From IMG/VR virus record IMGVR_UViG_3300029543_000199: DNA of 38,001 bases; one strand, given 5' to 3'. The position numbers and the translations under genes are program-made. Source of the stretch: a virus (taxonomy: Duplodnaviria > Heunggongvirae > Uroviricota > Caudoviricetes). Within the stretch, counting starts at the first letter, position 1; the number at the start of each line of letters is the position of its first letter. A model generated the notes under the pieces. It worked only from the letters and a program-made list of their open reading frames with translations. It was not told the origin of the DNA and did no database searches. Below are positions 17,773-27,161 of the stretch, in pieces.

Positions 17773-20700
17773 CTACCATTGATATTTATTTTTTGATAAC
17801 TTGCTACCACCAGATAACTGGTCAACAGTCATAGAACGAATCATCTTTTCAAACTTTCCGTCCTTACGCATCTGATTCATAAAATCATTGTAGTCTTGTA
17901 CATGTTCTATCGGAATTGTTACCTGATAGGTGATGTCTCCGATATTTGTTTCTCTGCCTGATATTGGCGCACCAATTTTGGCAAGTTGTGATAACACATT
18001 CGCAGCACCATCGTCTCCTCCAAACAGTTCGCTCAAAGGATTGTTTCCGTCTGCGATACTCCTCATAGCATCTTTTAATGCAATAAAGTTTTGTGTATCT
18101 TTCGGGTTAAGAACCATTTCAGGTTCTGTAGGCGTACCATCAAGCCAAGCCATTCCGGTATAATCAGCCAGACCACCCTTCTTAAATGCACTGTAGTAAT
18201 ATTTAGAAAGATTGCTCTTTCCCGTACTTACCCAGTATCTATACAAATCTCCATTATTGGCGTGAGCATTGATGTAGCTCTGCACGGCAGCCGCGTTAGA
18301 TGCTCCGAATTTAGCGGTAAGACGTTTCTTTCTGTTTGGGTCATTTCCCCACCCAGATTTAGAACCGTAAATCCAGATAGCAGCAGCAACGCCACGTTTT
18401 ACATCCTCATTGAATTTCGGAGTATTGTTGGTTGGTTGCTTAGCAGGAGTATTTGCTTGTGTAGGTGGTTTTGCGGACGTATCCGTCTTCGTTGATGGAG
18501 TAGCAGAAGATATAGTTGAATCAGCCTTCTTATCACTTTCTTTTACCATAGCACCAATTTTGTATGCTATTTTTGTGATAACATCATTTACTGATGTCAT
18601 CTGTGTTAAGAAAGATTCTCCATATTTTGTAATGATGGAGCCTGCGCCACCCTCATTTGTCCAAATAGACTTCATTGCAGCGGTTAAATCGTAACCAACT
18701 TTATCACTCTGCGTTTGCAGTGTGGTACTGATATTGGCTGAATTCTGATTGATAGTGTTAATCATATCAGCCATTAAAGCATCGATGTTATCCAGGCGTT
18801 CATTTAGGATAGCTTCATACTCATCATACAGATTGTCGAGAAGCTTTTTCTGTTCACTGATATAGTGTTCATACTGAGTCTCCTCAAGATTATCCATAGC
18901 ATCAGCTAAGTCAACCTGAATTTTCTGTATGGTTGCTTTAGTCTCTTCTGAGTTGTCGCCGGAATAAGCAGCTAACTGTTTCTGAAGCTTAGAGATTTCT
19001 GATGTCTGTTCCTCAACCTTTTTCTGATAATCATACAGATCCTTGGCTGTATCCATAGCATCTGTATATCTATCAATCAAATCCTGTAATGCATCAAGCT
19101 CTTTTTCGATACCATCAGCAACAAGGTCTTTAATAGCCTGTTTCTCATCCTCTGCGGCAAGGATAGAATCACGTTGAGCCTCAAGTAAATCCTGACGATG
19201 CTCCAGAAGTTTCGTGTTGTTCGGGTCTTCTGCAATCTCGGCATTTAACTTCTTCAATTCCTCTGCATACTTATCAGCCTGAGCCATGTACACATTATAG
19301 TTCTGACCGTGAAGACCTAGCGTTGCCATTCCGGTATCAGTAAACTGTCCGTTATCGGTAAATAAGTTAGAGTTCTCCATTAAGTCGATCAGGAAGTCCG
19401 CCTCGTCAGTGATGTTACTGATTTGCTCCTGCAAGTAATCGAATCTATCCCACTTTGTCTCACGAATTGAGTTCTGGAATTTTACAAGAGCTGTTTCAGA
19501 TTCCTGGATTTTCTCCTTAACTCCGTTGATATCATTCTGCATGTCATACCATGCTTCGCTGCCTTCTTTGATTTCTCCAGAGTTGACAGCTTCCGACATA
19601 GACCGAACAAGTGAGTCAAGCTCTTTCTTCTGAATATCAATGTTTTGTTTCTCAACATTTTGCATTGCTTCGTAGAACTTAGTGCTTGCCATATATCCTC
19701 GTTCTTCAAGGTCATCTATGCCATTATCATACGTATTCGTGAGATGCTCTAAGAGACTGAGCTGGTTTTCAAAATCGTTTGAGAGATTATCGAATCTGTC
19801 TTTGTATAAGTTGGCGATTTCTTCGTGCAGATCCGCAACAGCGTCCTTCGCTTCAATAGCCTTCTCGTAAAAGTCCTGATAATCCTTAATCTTATCGGCG
19901 AGGTCTTCATCAGTAACAGTCGTGATTTCAATCGAACCGTCTCTGATTTTTCTAGCCCAAGATTCGTCAAGACCGAGAGAATTGGCTTTTGCCATATATC
20001 CCTCATACGCTCTGTTCTCTACATCAATCTTATTTGCAATAGCAGACATTTCAGAAACTAATGCACTATTACGTGTGCTAAGAGTCTTGAATGCACTATC
20101 AGCAGTTACTTTCAGTCTATCTATTGCTTCGGTCGCTCTATCGACAGCAATCGCAATAAGGTCAAATACTTCTTCAAATTCTTTTTCAGACGAAGAGGAG
20201 CTTGATTTAGATCCACTTGATTTCGATGACGAAGAACCTCTGGATGAACGAGATGAGCTTCCAGAACTTTTCTTCGATGAAGAAGATGGTTTTCTGCTTG
20301 TAGAAGATGAGCTTGGCTTATATGGTTTGTATCCGCCAGTAACCATCGCTGTACCGCTAACTAGAGCAGAAGCCCGTCCAGAAACATATCCGTTCTCAAG
20401 TAAGCTTTCGGTCTGCTTGTGATTGAATACGATTGCTCCTGCTGGTATATCTCTAAACTCCGCACCATTGTCTCCGACTGTATACCATCTGCCGGTTCGT
20501 GGGTCTACAACAATTTCGCGACCAAGTTCTCCAACAAGAGTGCTGCCGCCAGGTGCTGTTCCCCAGTCTCCGCCAGCTCTCGCAGTTCCGCCAGCATGAG
20601 CGGTACCGCTTACATTTGAACCAGTTTTTACATAGTTTACATACCGTGTAATCGTACTGAATGAGCTAGGGAGGTTTGCAGTATTAGCTATATAGTTTAC

Positions 20701-23700
20701 AGTTCGATTGATAGAAGAGAATGATTCGGGTAATAAGTCTGTCTTCGGGTCATAGATAACATCGCACTTCTTTGACTCAGGATTATACCCGTCTATTGCC
20801 GACGCATCGACATTTGCCTTCACATTTATAGTCTCCGCAGATAGTCCAGCGATAGATGTTTTGATGGAATCAACCGATGTTGAATCAATATTCAGCTTCG
20901 CTTTGATATCTGGAGAAATGCCTTCTATTTCAGAAGCCAGAGAATTTACTTTCGATTCAGCTTCAGATGTATCAGCACCGACTTTCTGTTTAATCTCAAG
21001 GTCGTTTGTTGCGTTCTGGAATTGCTGTAAAAGAGATATTGCGTTTCCAATTTCGCCTTCTACCTGAGATGTATCAACCCTCATTACATCAGGCTGTGAT
21101 AAAAGCTGCTTCTGAGTGAGGCAGTATTGAATAACAGCATTGGCATTATCAATACTTGACGCATCTACGTCAGGTCTGGCTTTTACGCCATCCATTTCTG
21201 CTATAGTTGCATCCAATGCATTTATCTGTTCTTCGGTCGTTGAAAGGTCAGAGACATCCATTTTGATTTTTAAATCGCTATTTCCGTCCATCTGTCTTAG
21301 AGATTCCGCAGCCTCATTAGCTTCTACAGCTAAATCGCCTATAGTCTTTACGGCTTCATCTCCCCAGTCGAAATTTGCACCTTTAAGCTGAAGCTCATCA
21401 AAGAATGCCTGAACAACACCTGATGATAAATTAAGACCTTCTGCAAAATCCTCCATCTTCTTGCCACCGAGGACTTTAAATCCATCGTCTTCACTGTATG
21501 ACATAAGACCTGCATCAACAGATTTCTGCAAGAACTTATCTACATCAAGTCCCTCTACAACTCCGTCATCATCAAATCTCAAATATTCTTTGAAATTTGC
21601 CATATATGATTCGATTGCACTAAGGTCTTCGCTATCTACAGAATCTGGAACGATGAAATCTACAGCTGCTTCAAATTTCTTTGAGCCAAAGTTTCCATAT
21701 ATATCTGAATTTGCGTCGTATGTGTCTCGAATTTGCTGTATAGCACTAACCGTATCATTTGCCATGTCGCCATAGTCTGATGCGCCTTGTGCGTTCAGCC
21801 AGTTCTGATATGCTCCGACAGCTTCCTGAATAGAAGCAGATAATAAATCATACTGAGCACAGTTATCTGCAATAGCACTATTTTCGGATAATAAGGCATC
21901 AATAGAAGCTTGAATACTTTCCGCAGTTTCTCCTTCTGCGAAGCTTGCGTCTTGCAACTGCTGACGATACTGTTCAATCTGTCTTGCATTCTCAAGGTAC
22001 TGAGCCTGTTCAAGCGCCTTGTTCGTGTTGTTTGTTGCAACCTGCTCTTCGGCTTTAGCCTTAGCAATCTCACGAACTTTCTCTGCATTTAACTGCATTG
22101 TACCATTGACATACTCAAGAGCACCTCTGTAATCTGCAAGTTCGTCTGAATTGAAATCTGCAAGAGATACAGACTTGCCGTTCTGCTGACTACTAAGAAC
22201 ACTCTGTACAGTTGTAAGACCATTAACAAGATTTTCAGCAGCAGTACGCATATCTGACATAGATACTGTTGTTTCTTCCATTCCTTCTACAGGCTCTCCA
22301 GAAACAACGCCGAGTTCAATAAGCATATTCGCGAGTGACTGCAGGCTCTCGGAAGATGTATCGCTGATTACACCTGCGTCAAGCGCAGCCTGTACCAATG
22401 CATTTATCTGTTCTTCGCCTTCCTGTACACCATCTGTTTCAAATGCATATATGAAATCTTTGTCATCCAGCTTTAAGTCTTTCAGTTCCTTCGCCGCATC
22501 TGCAATTTCTTTTGCTCCGTCTGACGTATCAATACCATTGACTGCATCCTTAAAATCATTCGCACTGATAGCAGCGGTGTTTAGCTGATCGCTAATTTCT
22601 GTGAATGAGTCAGCGTATCCGCTCATATCAGATTCCAGAAGTGATTGAACGGACTTATCTACAGCGTCAAAGTTTGTCTTTGCTTCAGCTATTTTGGATG
22701 AGTCTCCGCTCGCGAGAGCATCATTATATTCCTTTACCGCTTGGGAATAATCACGCATCCACTCAGCGGCTGTCTTAGAATCTCCGCTTTTGTCTTTATA
22801 TTCAGTTTTATCTCCGGCGATTTCAGCAGCTTTTGCCTGTTCATACACTTCCTGATATTTATCCAGAACTTTGTTTGCACTTTTTAGACCACTTTCTGCA
22901 TAACTGAATATATTGTCGAGCATCCAGTTCCCGCCAAGTTCATCTGATGCATTTCTGACATCTGTCATGAAATCATTCAGAGCGGCTTCTGCCTGTGTTG
23001 CGTCTCCTTTAAAGTAGAGCTGCAGCGTACCGTCTAATCCCTGCTGTGTTGTTATTAAATCTCCATATTTTTTCTGAGAGTTCTTAATCGCCTTTTTGAG
23101 AGCCTCAGACGCTTCGTCTCCCTCTGCATCATAAAACTGTCCAAGGTAATAGGTTCTGTTTTTCTCCATTTCCTTGGTTGCTTTGTTGATACCTTTTTGA
23201 TTCTCATTCAGATACTTATTTGCATCTGACTGGCTTAACTGATCCATCAGACCAATCTGCTCACGCAGTGATCCATTTACGAGGTCAATTCCGTCAGCCT
23301 GACTTCCATATGAATCTGTTAATGACTCCTGAATTGATAGAAGCTCTGATTTTGCCTGATATGCTTCTGATTCCGTAAGCGTACCGGATGCTAATTGATT
23401 CCTTAATTCTACAACTCTATTTTTATAATCTTCGATGGAACTGTTTGATTCCTTCCACGCATTACCAGCTTCTTGAGCAGCCTGAACCTGTTTTTGCATG
23501 TAGTTATCATATATTTTCCATCCAATGAATGCTGCGCCTACAAGTGCGATAATTCCTACAAGAGGTGCTAACGCACCGAATAAAGCAGTTGCTCCTGCGG
23601 CGACCGCACCGAATACTCCGGCTCCGCCTGCGAGTGCAGTTGACATAGCTTCAACCGCAATAGTTACTTGCGGAAACGCAGTTCCTAATGCTTGTATGAT

Positions 23701-23742
23701 GCTTGTAAGTGTTTTTGCTCCTTCGATACCTTTTATAGCAGA
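17773..23742 (-). CDS. Tape measure protein, exon 2 (1989 codons)
   Basis: The frame is open 32 codons upstream of ATG 23646 (SAIKGIEGAKTLTSIIQALG...) to the predicted 3' splice site. There is no RBS at 23646. Long helical Ala/Glu/Lys/Leu-rich sequence. Confidence 0.88.
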   Translation of the reverse strand, partial: SAIKGIEGAKTLTSIIQALGTAFPQVTIAVEAMSTALAGGAGVFGAVAAGATALFGALAPLVGIIALVGAAFIGWKIYDNYMQKQVQAAQEAGNAWKESNSSIEDYKNRVVELRNQLASGTLTESEAYQAKSELLSIQESLTDSYGSQADGIDLVNGSLREQIGLMDQLSQSDANKYLNENQKGINKATKEMEKNRTYYLGQFYDAEGDEASEALKKAIKNSQKKYGDLITTQQGLDGTLQLYFKGDATQAEAALNDFMTDVRNASDELGGNWMLDNIFSYAESGLKSANKVLDKYQEVYEQAKAAEIAGDKTEYKDKSGDSKTAAEWMRDYSQAVKEYNDALASGDSSKIAEAKTNFDAVDKSVQSLLESDMSGYADSFTEISDQLNTAAISANDFKDAVNGIDTSDGAKEIADAAKELKDLKLDDKDFIYAFETDGVQEGEEQINALVQAALDAGVISDTSSESLQSLANMLIELGVVSGEPVEGMEETTVSMSDMRTAAENLVNGLTTVQSVLSSQQNGKSVSLADFNSDELADYRGALEYVNGTMQLNAEKVREIAKAKAEEQVATNNTNKALEQAQYLENARQIEQYRQQLQDASFAEGETAESIQASIDALLSENSAIADNCAQYDLLSASIQEAVGAYQNWLNAQGASDYGDMANDTVSAIQQIRDTYDANSDIYGNFGSKKFEAAVDFIVPDSVDSEDLSAIESYMANFKEYLRFDDDGVVEGLDVDKFLQKSVDAGLMSYSEDDGFKVLGGKKMEDFAEGLNLSSGVVQAFFDELQLKGANFDWGDEAVKTIGDLAVEANEAAESLRQMDGNSDLKIKMDVSDLSTTEEQINALDATIAEMDGVKARPDVDASSIDNANAVIQYCLTQKQLLSQPDVMRVDTSQVEGEIGNAISLLQQFQNATNDLEIKQKVGADTSEAESKVNSLASEIEGISPDIKAKLNIDSTSVDSIKTSIAGLSAETINVKANVDASAIDGYNPESKKCDVIYDPKTDLLPESFSSINRTVNYIANTANLPSSFSTITRYVNYVKTGSNVSGTAHAGGTARAGGDWGTAPGGSTLVGELGREIVVDPRTGRWYTVGDNGAEFRDIPAGAIVFNHKQTESLLENGYVSGRASALVSGTAMVTGGYKPYKPSSSSTSRKPSSSSKKSSGSSSRSSRGSSSSKSSGSKSSSSSSEKEFEEVFDLIAIAVDRATEAIDRLKVTADSAFKTLSTRNSALVSEMSAIANKIDVENRAYEGYMAKANSLGLDESWARKIRDGSIEITTVTDEDLADKIKDYQDFYEKAIEAKDAVADLHEEIANLYKDRFDNLSNDFENQLSLLEHLTNTYDNGIDDLEERGYMASTKFYEAMQNVEKQNIDIQKKELDSLVRSMSEAVNSGEIKEGSEAWYDMQNDINGVKEKIQESETALVKFQNSIRETKWDRFDYLQEQISNITDEADFLIDLMENSNLFTDNGQFTDTGMATLGLHGQNYNVYMAQADKYAEELKKLNAEIAEDPNNTKLLEHRQDLLEAQRDSILAAEDEKQAIKDLVADGIEKELDALQDLIDRYTDAMDTAKDLYDYQKKVEEQTSEISKLQKQLAAYSGDNSEETKATIQKIQVDLADAMDNLEETQYEHYISEQKKLLDNLYDEYEAILNERLDNIDALMADMINTINQNSANISTTLQTQSDKVGYDLTAAMKSIWTNEGGAGSIITKYGESFLTQMTSVNDVITKIAYKIGAMVKESDKKADSTISSATPSTKTDTSAKPPTQANTPAKQPTNNTPKFNEDVKRGVAAAIWIYGSKSGWGNDPNRKKRLTAKFGASNAAAVQSYINAHANNGDLYRYWVSTGKSNLSKYYYSAFKKGGLADYTGMAWLDGTPTEPEMVLNPKDTQNFIALKDAMRSIADGNNPLSELFGGDDGAANVLSQLAKIGAPISGRETNIGDITYQVTIPIEHVQDYNDFMNQMRKDGKFEKMIRSMTVDQLSGGSKLSKNKYQW

Positions 23743-23745
23743 CTC

Positions 23746-23774
23746 TTTTCAAAGGCAATATCGTGTGGTATGAT
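23746..23774 (+). promoter_or_regulatory. SigmaA-type promoter of the intron-borne antisense gene
   Basis: TTTTCA (23746-23751), 17-bp spacer, extended -10 TGgTATGAT (23766-23774), then an AAAGGAG RBS at 23781-23787. Confidence 0.65.
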
Positions 23775-23796
23775 AGGTGAAAAGGAGAATAATCAT

Positions 23797-24306
23797 ATGT
23801 CACTTATTACATGTCCGGAATGCGGTGCTCGCATATCCGATAAAGCATCATGCTGTGTACGGTGTGGATACCCATTACAAGATGTGGATAAAACACCAGA
23901 TTTATATTATGTAAAGCGCATTGAAGATAAATGGGTGCTAGGCAAAGCAAGATCAATGCTTGCACAAACATACATTACAAATAAAAATTCATCCGAATAT
24001 TCAGATTATTCGATAATAGCATCTGGTATTACAAAAGATAGAGCCGATATACTGCTTGACTTCATTATTAAAAATAGAGGAGAAGCAGAAGTAGTACCGG
24101 ATGAAAATAGTAAATCTGTCAATCAGAAGATGATGGATTATATTGACATTAACTTCAATAAGAATGCGCCTGTAATGTGTCCGCGTTGCAAATCCACGCA
24201 GATCGTAACTGGTCAAAGAGGTTTCAGTCTAATAACAGGATTTATTGGAAGCAATAAGACTGTAAACCGTTGTTCCAAATGCGGTTACACATGGCAACCA
24301 AAGTAA
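23797..24306 (+). CDS. Zinc-ribbon protein (169 aa) encoded antisense inside the intron
   Basis: Four CxxC motifs (CPEC, CVRC, CPRC, CSKC) and a C-terminal GFSLITGFIGS segment. ATG 23797 has an RBS. It is the only well-supported plus-strand gene. Confidence 0.85.
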   Translation: MSLITCPECGARISDKASCCVRCGYPLQDVDKTPDLYYVKRIEDKWVLGKARSMLAQTYITNKNSSEYSDYSIIASGITKDRADILLDFIIKNRGEAEVVPDENSKSVNQKMMDYIDINFNKNAPVMCPRCKSTQIVTGQRGFSLITGFIGSNKTVNRCSKCGYTWQPK

Positions 24307-24738
24307 TATCTTCTTATCGACGCAGATATTGTGCGTACCACATTTAAAGTAGGAGATAAGTTCCCACTACACGAGGACTATACATTAAAAGTCGCTACAC
24401 TAGGCTGTAGCGGCTCAAAGGGTGGGTAGTCTCTGAAGATGAAGCTGTGAGTCTTCGTCCGGCTGATGTTATCCTATCCGTAGAAAATACTTCTACATGG
24501 CACTTAGGCTTACTATCACCATATACCATCCAATCATTTGTTTCTGCCTTTCGCAACATTCACGCTTATTGTTTCCAATTACGTTGTAGTATGATTGGTT
24601 TAACCAGTTTCCCAGCAATTACCCCTTCGTGTGATTTATTTTAAAACGCTCACCCATAGTCTTGGCTCATACCTCCATAACGGTACGTCCTTAACCATGC
24701 CGACCTCTGCCATAAAAGCAACCCATGATTTTGGGTTA

Positions 24739-26529
24739 AGCCACGTTCTTGATGACCTTGGCAAGTCCCAATCCTGCAAGAATTGTTCCTAATGATCCAA
24801 CGGTCTCAACGATTTTATCAATCGCTTCTACGATACCTTTAAGACCTTCGACGGCTCCTTTTGTAAAGTTTGAACTGATAAAATCAGAAGAAAGCTCCTG
24901 AAAGGCTGCTTTCAGTTCTCCGACCTTAGCCTTTGTGGTATCCATATATATATTGTTTGCTTCGGTAGCAATACCAGCAGAATCCATAGCACTTGAGTAT
25001 GCTCCGATAGCGTCTTTGATATTCGTGATTGTAGACATAATACCTGATGTATTACGAGTACCACCAAGAATCTCTGCGACACGAGATTGAGATACATCTT
25101 CCATGTTATCCCAAACCTCAGCCAACTGTACAAATATGTCGTACATGTCTTTATATGTGTTTTCATCTTTCATGATGTCAACGCCAGATAAAGCCTTGAT
25201 TTCTTCCCTGTACTTAGACAGACCCTGAGCTAATCCGTCTGTTTCTTCGCCCATTTCTTCAAGCTCTGTTGTAGCTCCTCGGATACGAGCACTGACTGTC
25301 TTCCACATTGTACCAGTGGTTTCTGCATTCTGAAGAGAAGCATTGGTAGCAGCAAAAAGAGCAGCACTCTTTTCAAAATCAGTTCCAGAAGCGTGGAGCG
25401 CAGCACCACCTCTCTGGAATGCAGCCATCAATTCTTCCGCTGAAATTGCGTATTCCTGACCGACCTTAACAAGTACATCTGATACATGCTCCGCATCATT
25501 AGCATCTAACTCGTATCCCTTTATAATAGAAGTAATACCAGTTGTTGCTGTGTCTACATCAGTATTACCAACGTTCGCCATGATATTTGCATACTTAGCA
25601 AGGTTGGAAGAATCACTCATGTTGTAACCAAGACGAGCAAAAGTTTCAATAGAAGATGCTACATCAGTTACGCTCTGTCCAAGCTCTTTTGCAAGTGCAA
25701 TGGATTTCGTAAGGAATGCTTCCATCTGAGAATCAGAGGCTCCCGTTACAATCTTAATCTGAGCCATAGCACTTTCAACTTCAACCGCAGCAGATACCAT
25801 CTGCTTTGCAGTTCTTACAGCAGTCATGATTACCTGTGTGATAGATAACCAAGATGCGAATTTGGTTGCTAAACCACCGAATCGATCTCCAAGTGTTTGG
25901 GTATTTTCACCAGCAGCTCTGATTGCAGCAGAAGACTCTGTAACAGTTGATTTGATACTACGGAATGAGTTCTCGAACTGTTCAGCAGATACAGTTCCGT
26001 TCATCAATCCAGACTTCAATGTTTCAAGCGCAGTAATCTGACCCTTTAATGCAGAATAATTATCACTGGATTTACCGCTTCTTGCGGCAGTCCATTTCTG
26101 TGTGTTGGCAGTAACCTGTCCAAGTAATGTGTTGACTTTATTTAAGGCATCGGTGTGCTTCTTTGTACCGGCTGCAAAAGTATCCTCACTTGCTTTTGCC
26201 TGTTTTGTCGCATCGGCGGCTTTCTTTGTAGCACTGGCATTTTCATTTTTTGCCTGCGTATTAGCTTTAATAGCAGCAGTGTCTTTTACCCAGATACCAG
26301 AGTTAGTCTTGGTATAGCCACCCATTGACTTCGCCGTATTCGCAGTTGCCGCAGCCTTAGTCATTGATTCAATCTGTTTCTTCATAGAAGACAGGGATGA
26401 ATCATCAAATTTAAGTTTTATTTTCGGTGGATTGGCGTTGACCTGAGAAACCAGACTGGTAATTCCTGCCTGAAATTCAGCATAACTCAACGAAGTATCC
26501 ACGCCGACTGTCAGTAAAATGTCAGCCAT
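24739..26529 (-). CDS. Tape measure protein, exon 1 (597 codons, TP901-family core)
   Basis: TP901-like core (VESAMAQIKIVTG, FARLGY, DVLVKVGQEYAIS, SARIRG); ends at the predicted 5' splice site GCT|TAA. Confidence 0.9.
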
Positions 26530-26561
26530 TTATTTATCTCACCGCCTTTTGAATATAAAGA

Positions 26562-26589
26562 AAAGGACTGGCTTATATACCAATCCTTT
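26562..26589 (-). terminator. Intrinsic terminator-like hairpin
   Basis: AAAGGATTGG-loop-CCAGTCCTTT followed by TCTTT. Confidence 0.6.
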
Positions 26590-26610
26590 CACTAAATGTT
26601 TACTATGTGT

Positions 26611-27159
26611 TTAAGAAAAAGCATCTCCAATAGAAATGTCTATGACATTATATTCAGACGCGTAATTACCCATAAAACTACTTACAGCATTATCTACGAA
26701 ATGAGCACCTGGTATTACAGTTCTACTCCATGTTTCGTGACCATGCCACATACCATGTACGGGTCTCATGGTATGATCCACACCATTATTTAAAAGTGCA
26801 GCTAAATTGTTGATTCCACCAAATCTTCCCGGGGCAAGTGATGGTCTACTTAAATCTCCGGTAAAGAATATTTCTATTGTGTATGTATTTGCTCCAACAG
26901 GAACAGCAGAAGAGTGGCTCAGTTCAGAAATAGCAGATGCAGCATCGGAACTAATTCCAGAACTACTGATTGAGTTCCTTAGAACCTCGATGAATTTTTC
27001 AGCAGCTTCTTCCGGCGTATGTGTTTTGCCACCAGATTTCAGTGTTATACTACCAAGCATAACTTTGGTTACCATATTATTTACCTTTGCCTGTCCTGCG
27101 TTGCTTCCCATATGAGCCTGAGCCTTTGCCATAATAGACTCCATATTGATTGAAGCCAT
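26611..27159 (-). CDS. Putative tail/neck morphogenesis protein
   Basis: 182 aa in the tail operon; function assigned by position only. Confidence 0.5.
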   Translation of the reverse strand: MASINMESIMAKAQAHMGSNAGQAKVNNMVTKVMLGSITLKSGGKTHTPEEAAEKFIEVLRNSISSSGISSDAASAISELSHSSAVPVGANTYTIEIFFTGDLSRPSLAPGRFGGINNLAALLNNGVDHTMRPVHGMWHGHETWSRTVIPGAHFVDNAVSSFMGNYASEYNVIDISIGDAFS

Positions 27160-27161
27160 GA

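Larger units (their letters stand above)
23743..24738 (-). ncRNA. Group I self-splicing intron (996 nt) in the tape measure gene
   Basis: Minus-strand core: P AATTGCTGGGAAAC (24607-24620), Q AACATCAGCCGG (24459-24470), R CTTCAGAGACTAC (24426-24438), S AATGTATAGTCC (24375-24386). P3 CGAAGGG/CCCTTTG, P7 GACTA/TAGTC, P8 CGCTACA/TGTAGCG. The internal guide sequence (IGS) at 24701-24718 pairs with both exons; terminal G at 23743. Confidence 0.92.

Noticed and set aside
19922..20422. Long plus-strand ORFs (also 7366-7905, 33973-34557, 34013-34522)
   Set aside because: These are antisense shadows of strong minus-strand genes, without RBS or recognisable motifs.
23692..23796. Longer 204-aa start for the plus-strand ORF
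   Set aside because: It starts at TTG antisense to exon 2; promoter and RBS point to ATG 23797.
23797..24306. Homing endonuclease or IStron transposase
   Set aside because: No LAGLIDADG, GIY-YIG, HNH, PD-(D/E)xK, TnpA or TnpB/RuvC motifs are visible; remote homology cannot be excluded without a search.
17773..26529. Tape measure as a pseudogene or two independent genes
   Set aside because: A group I core and guide sequence predict precise in-frame splicing, and the downstream ORF has no RBS at its ATG.
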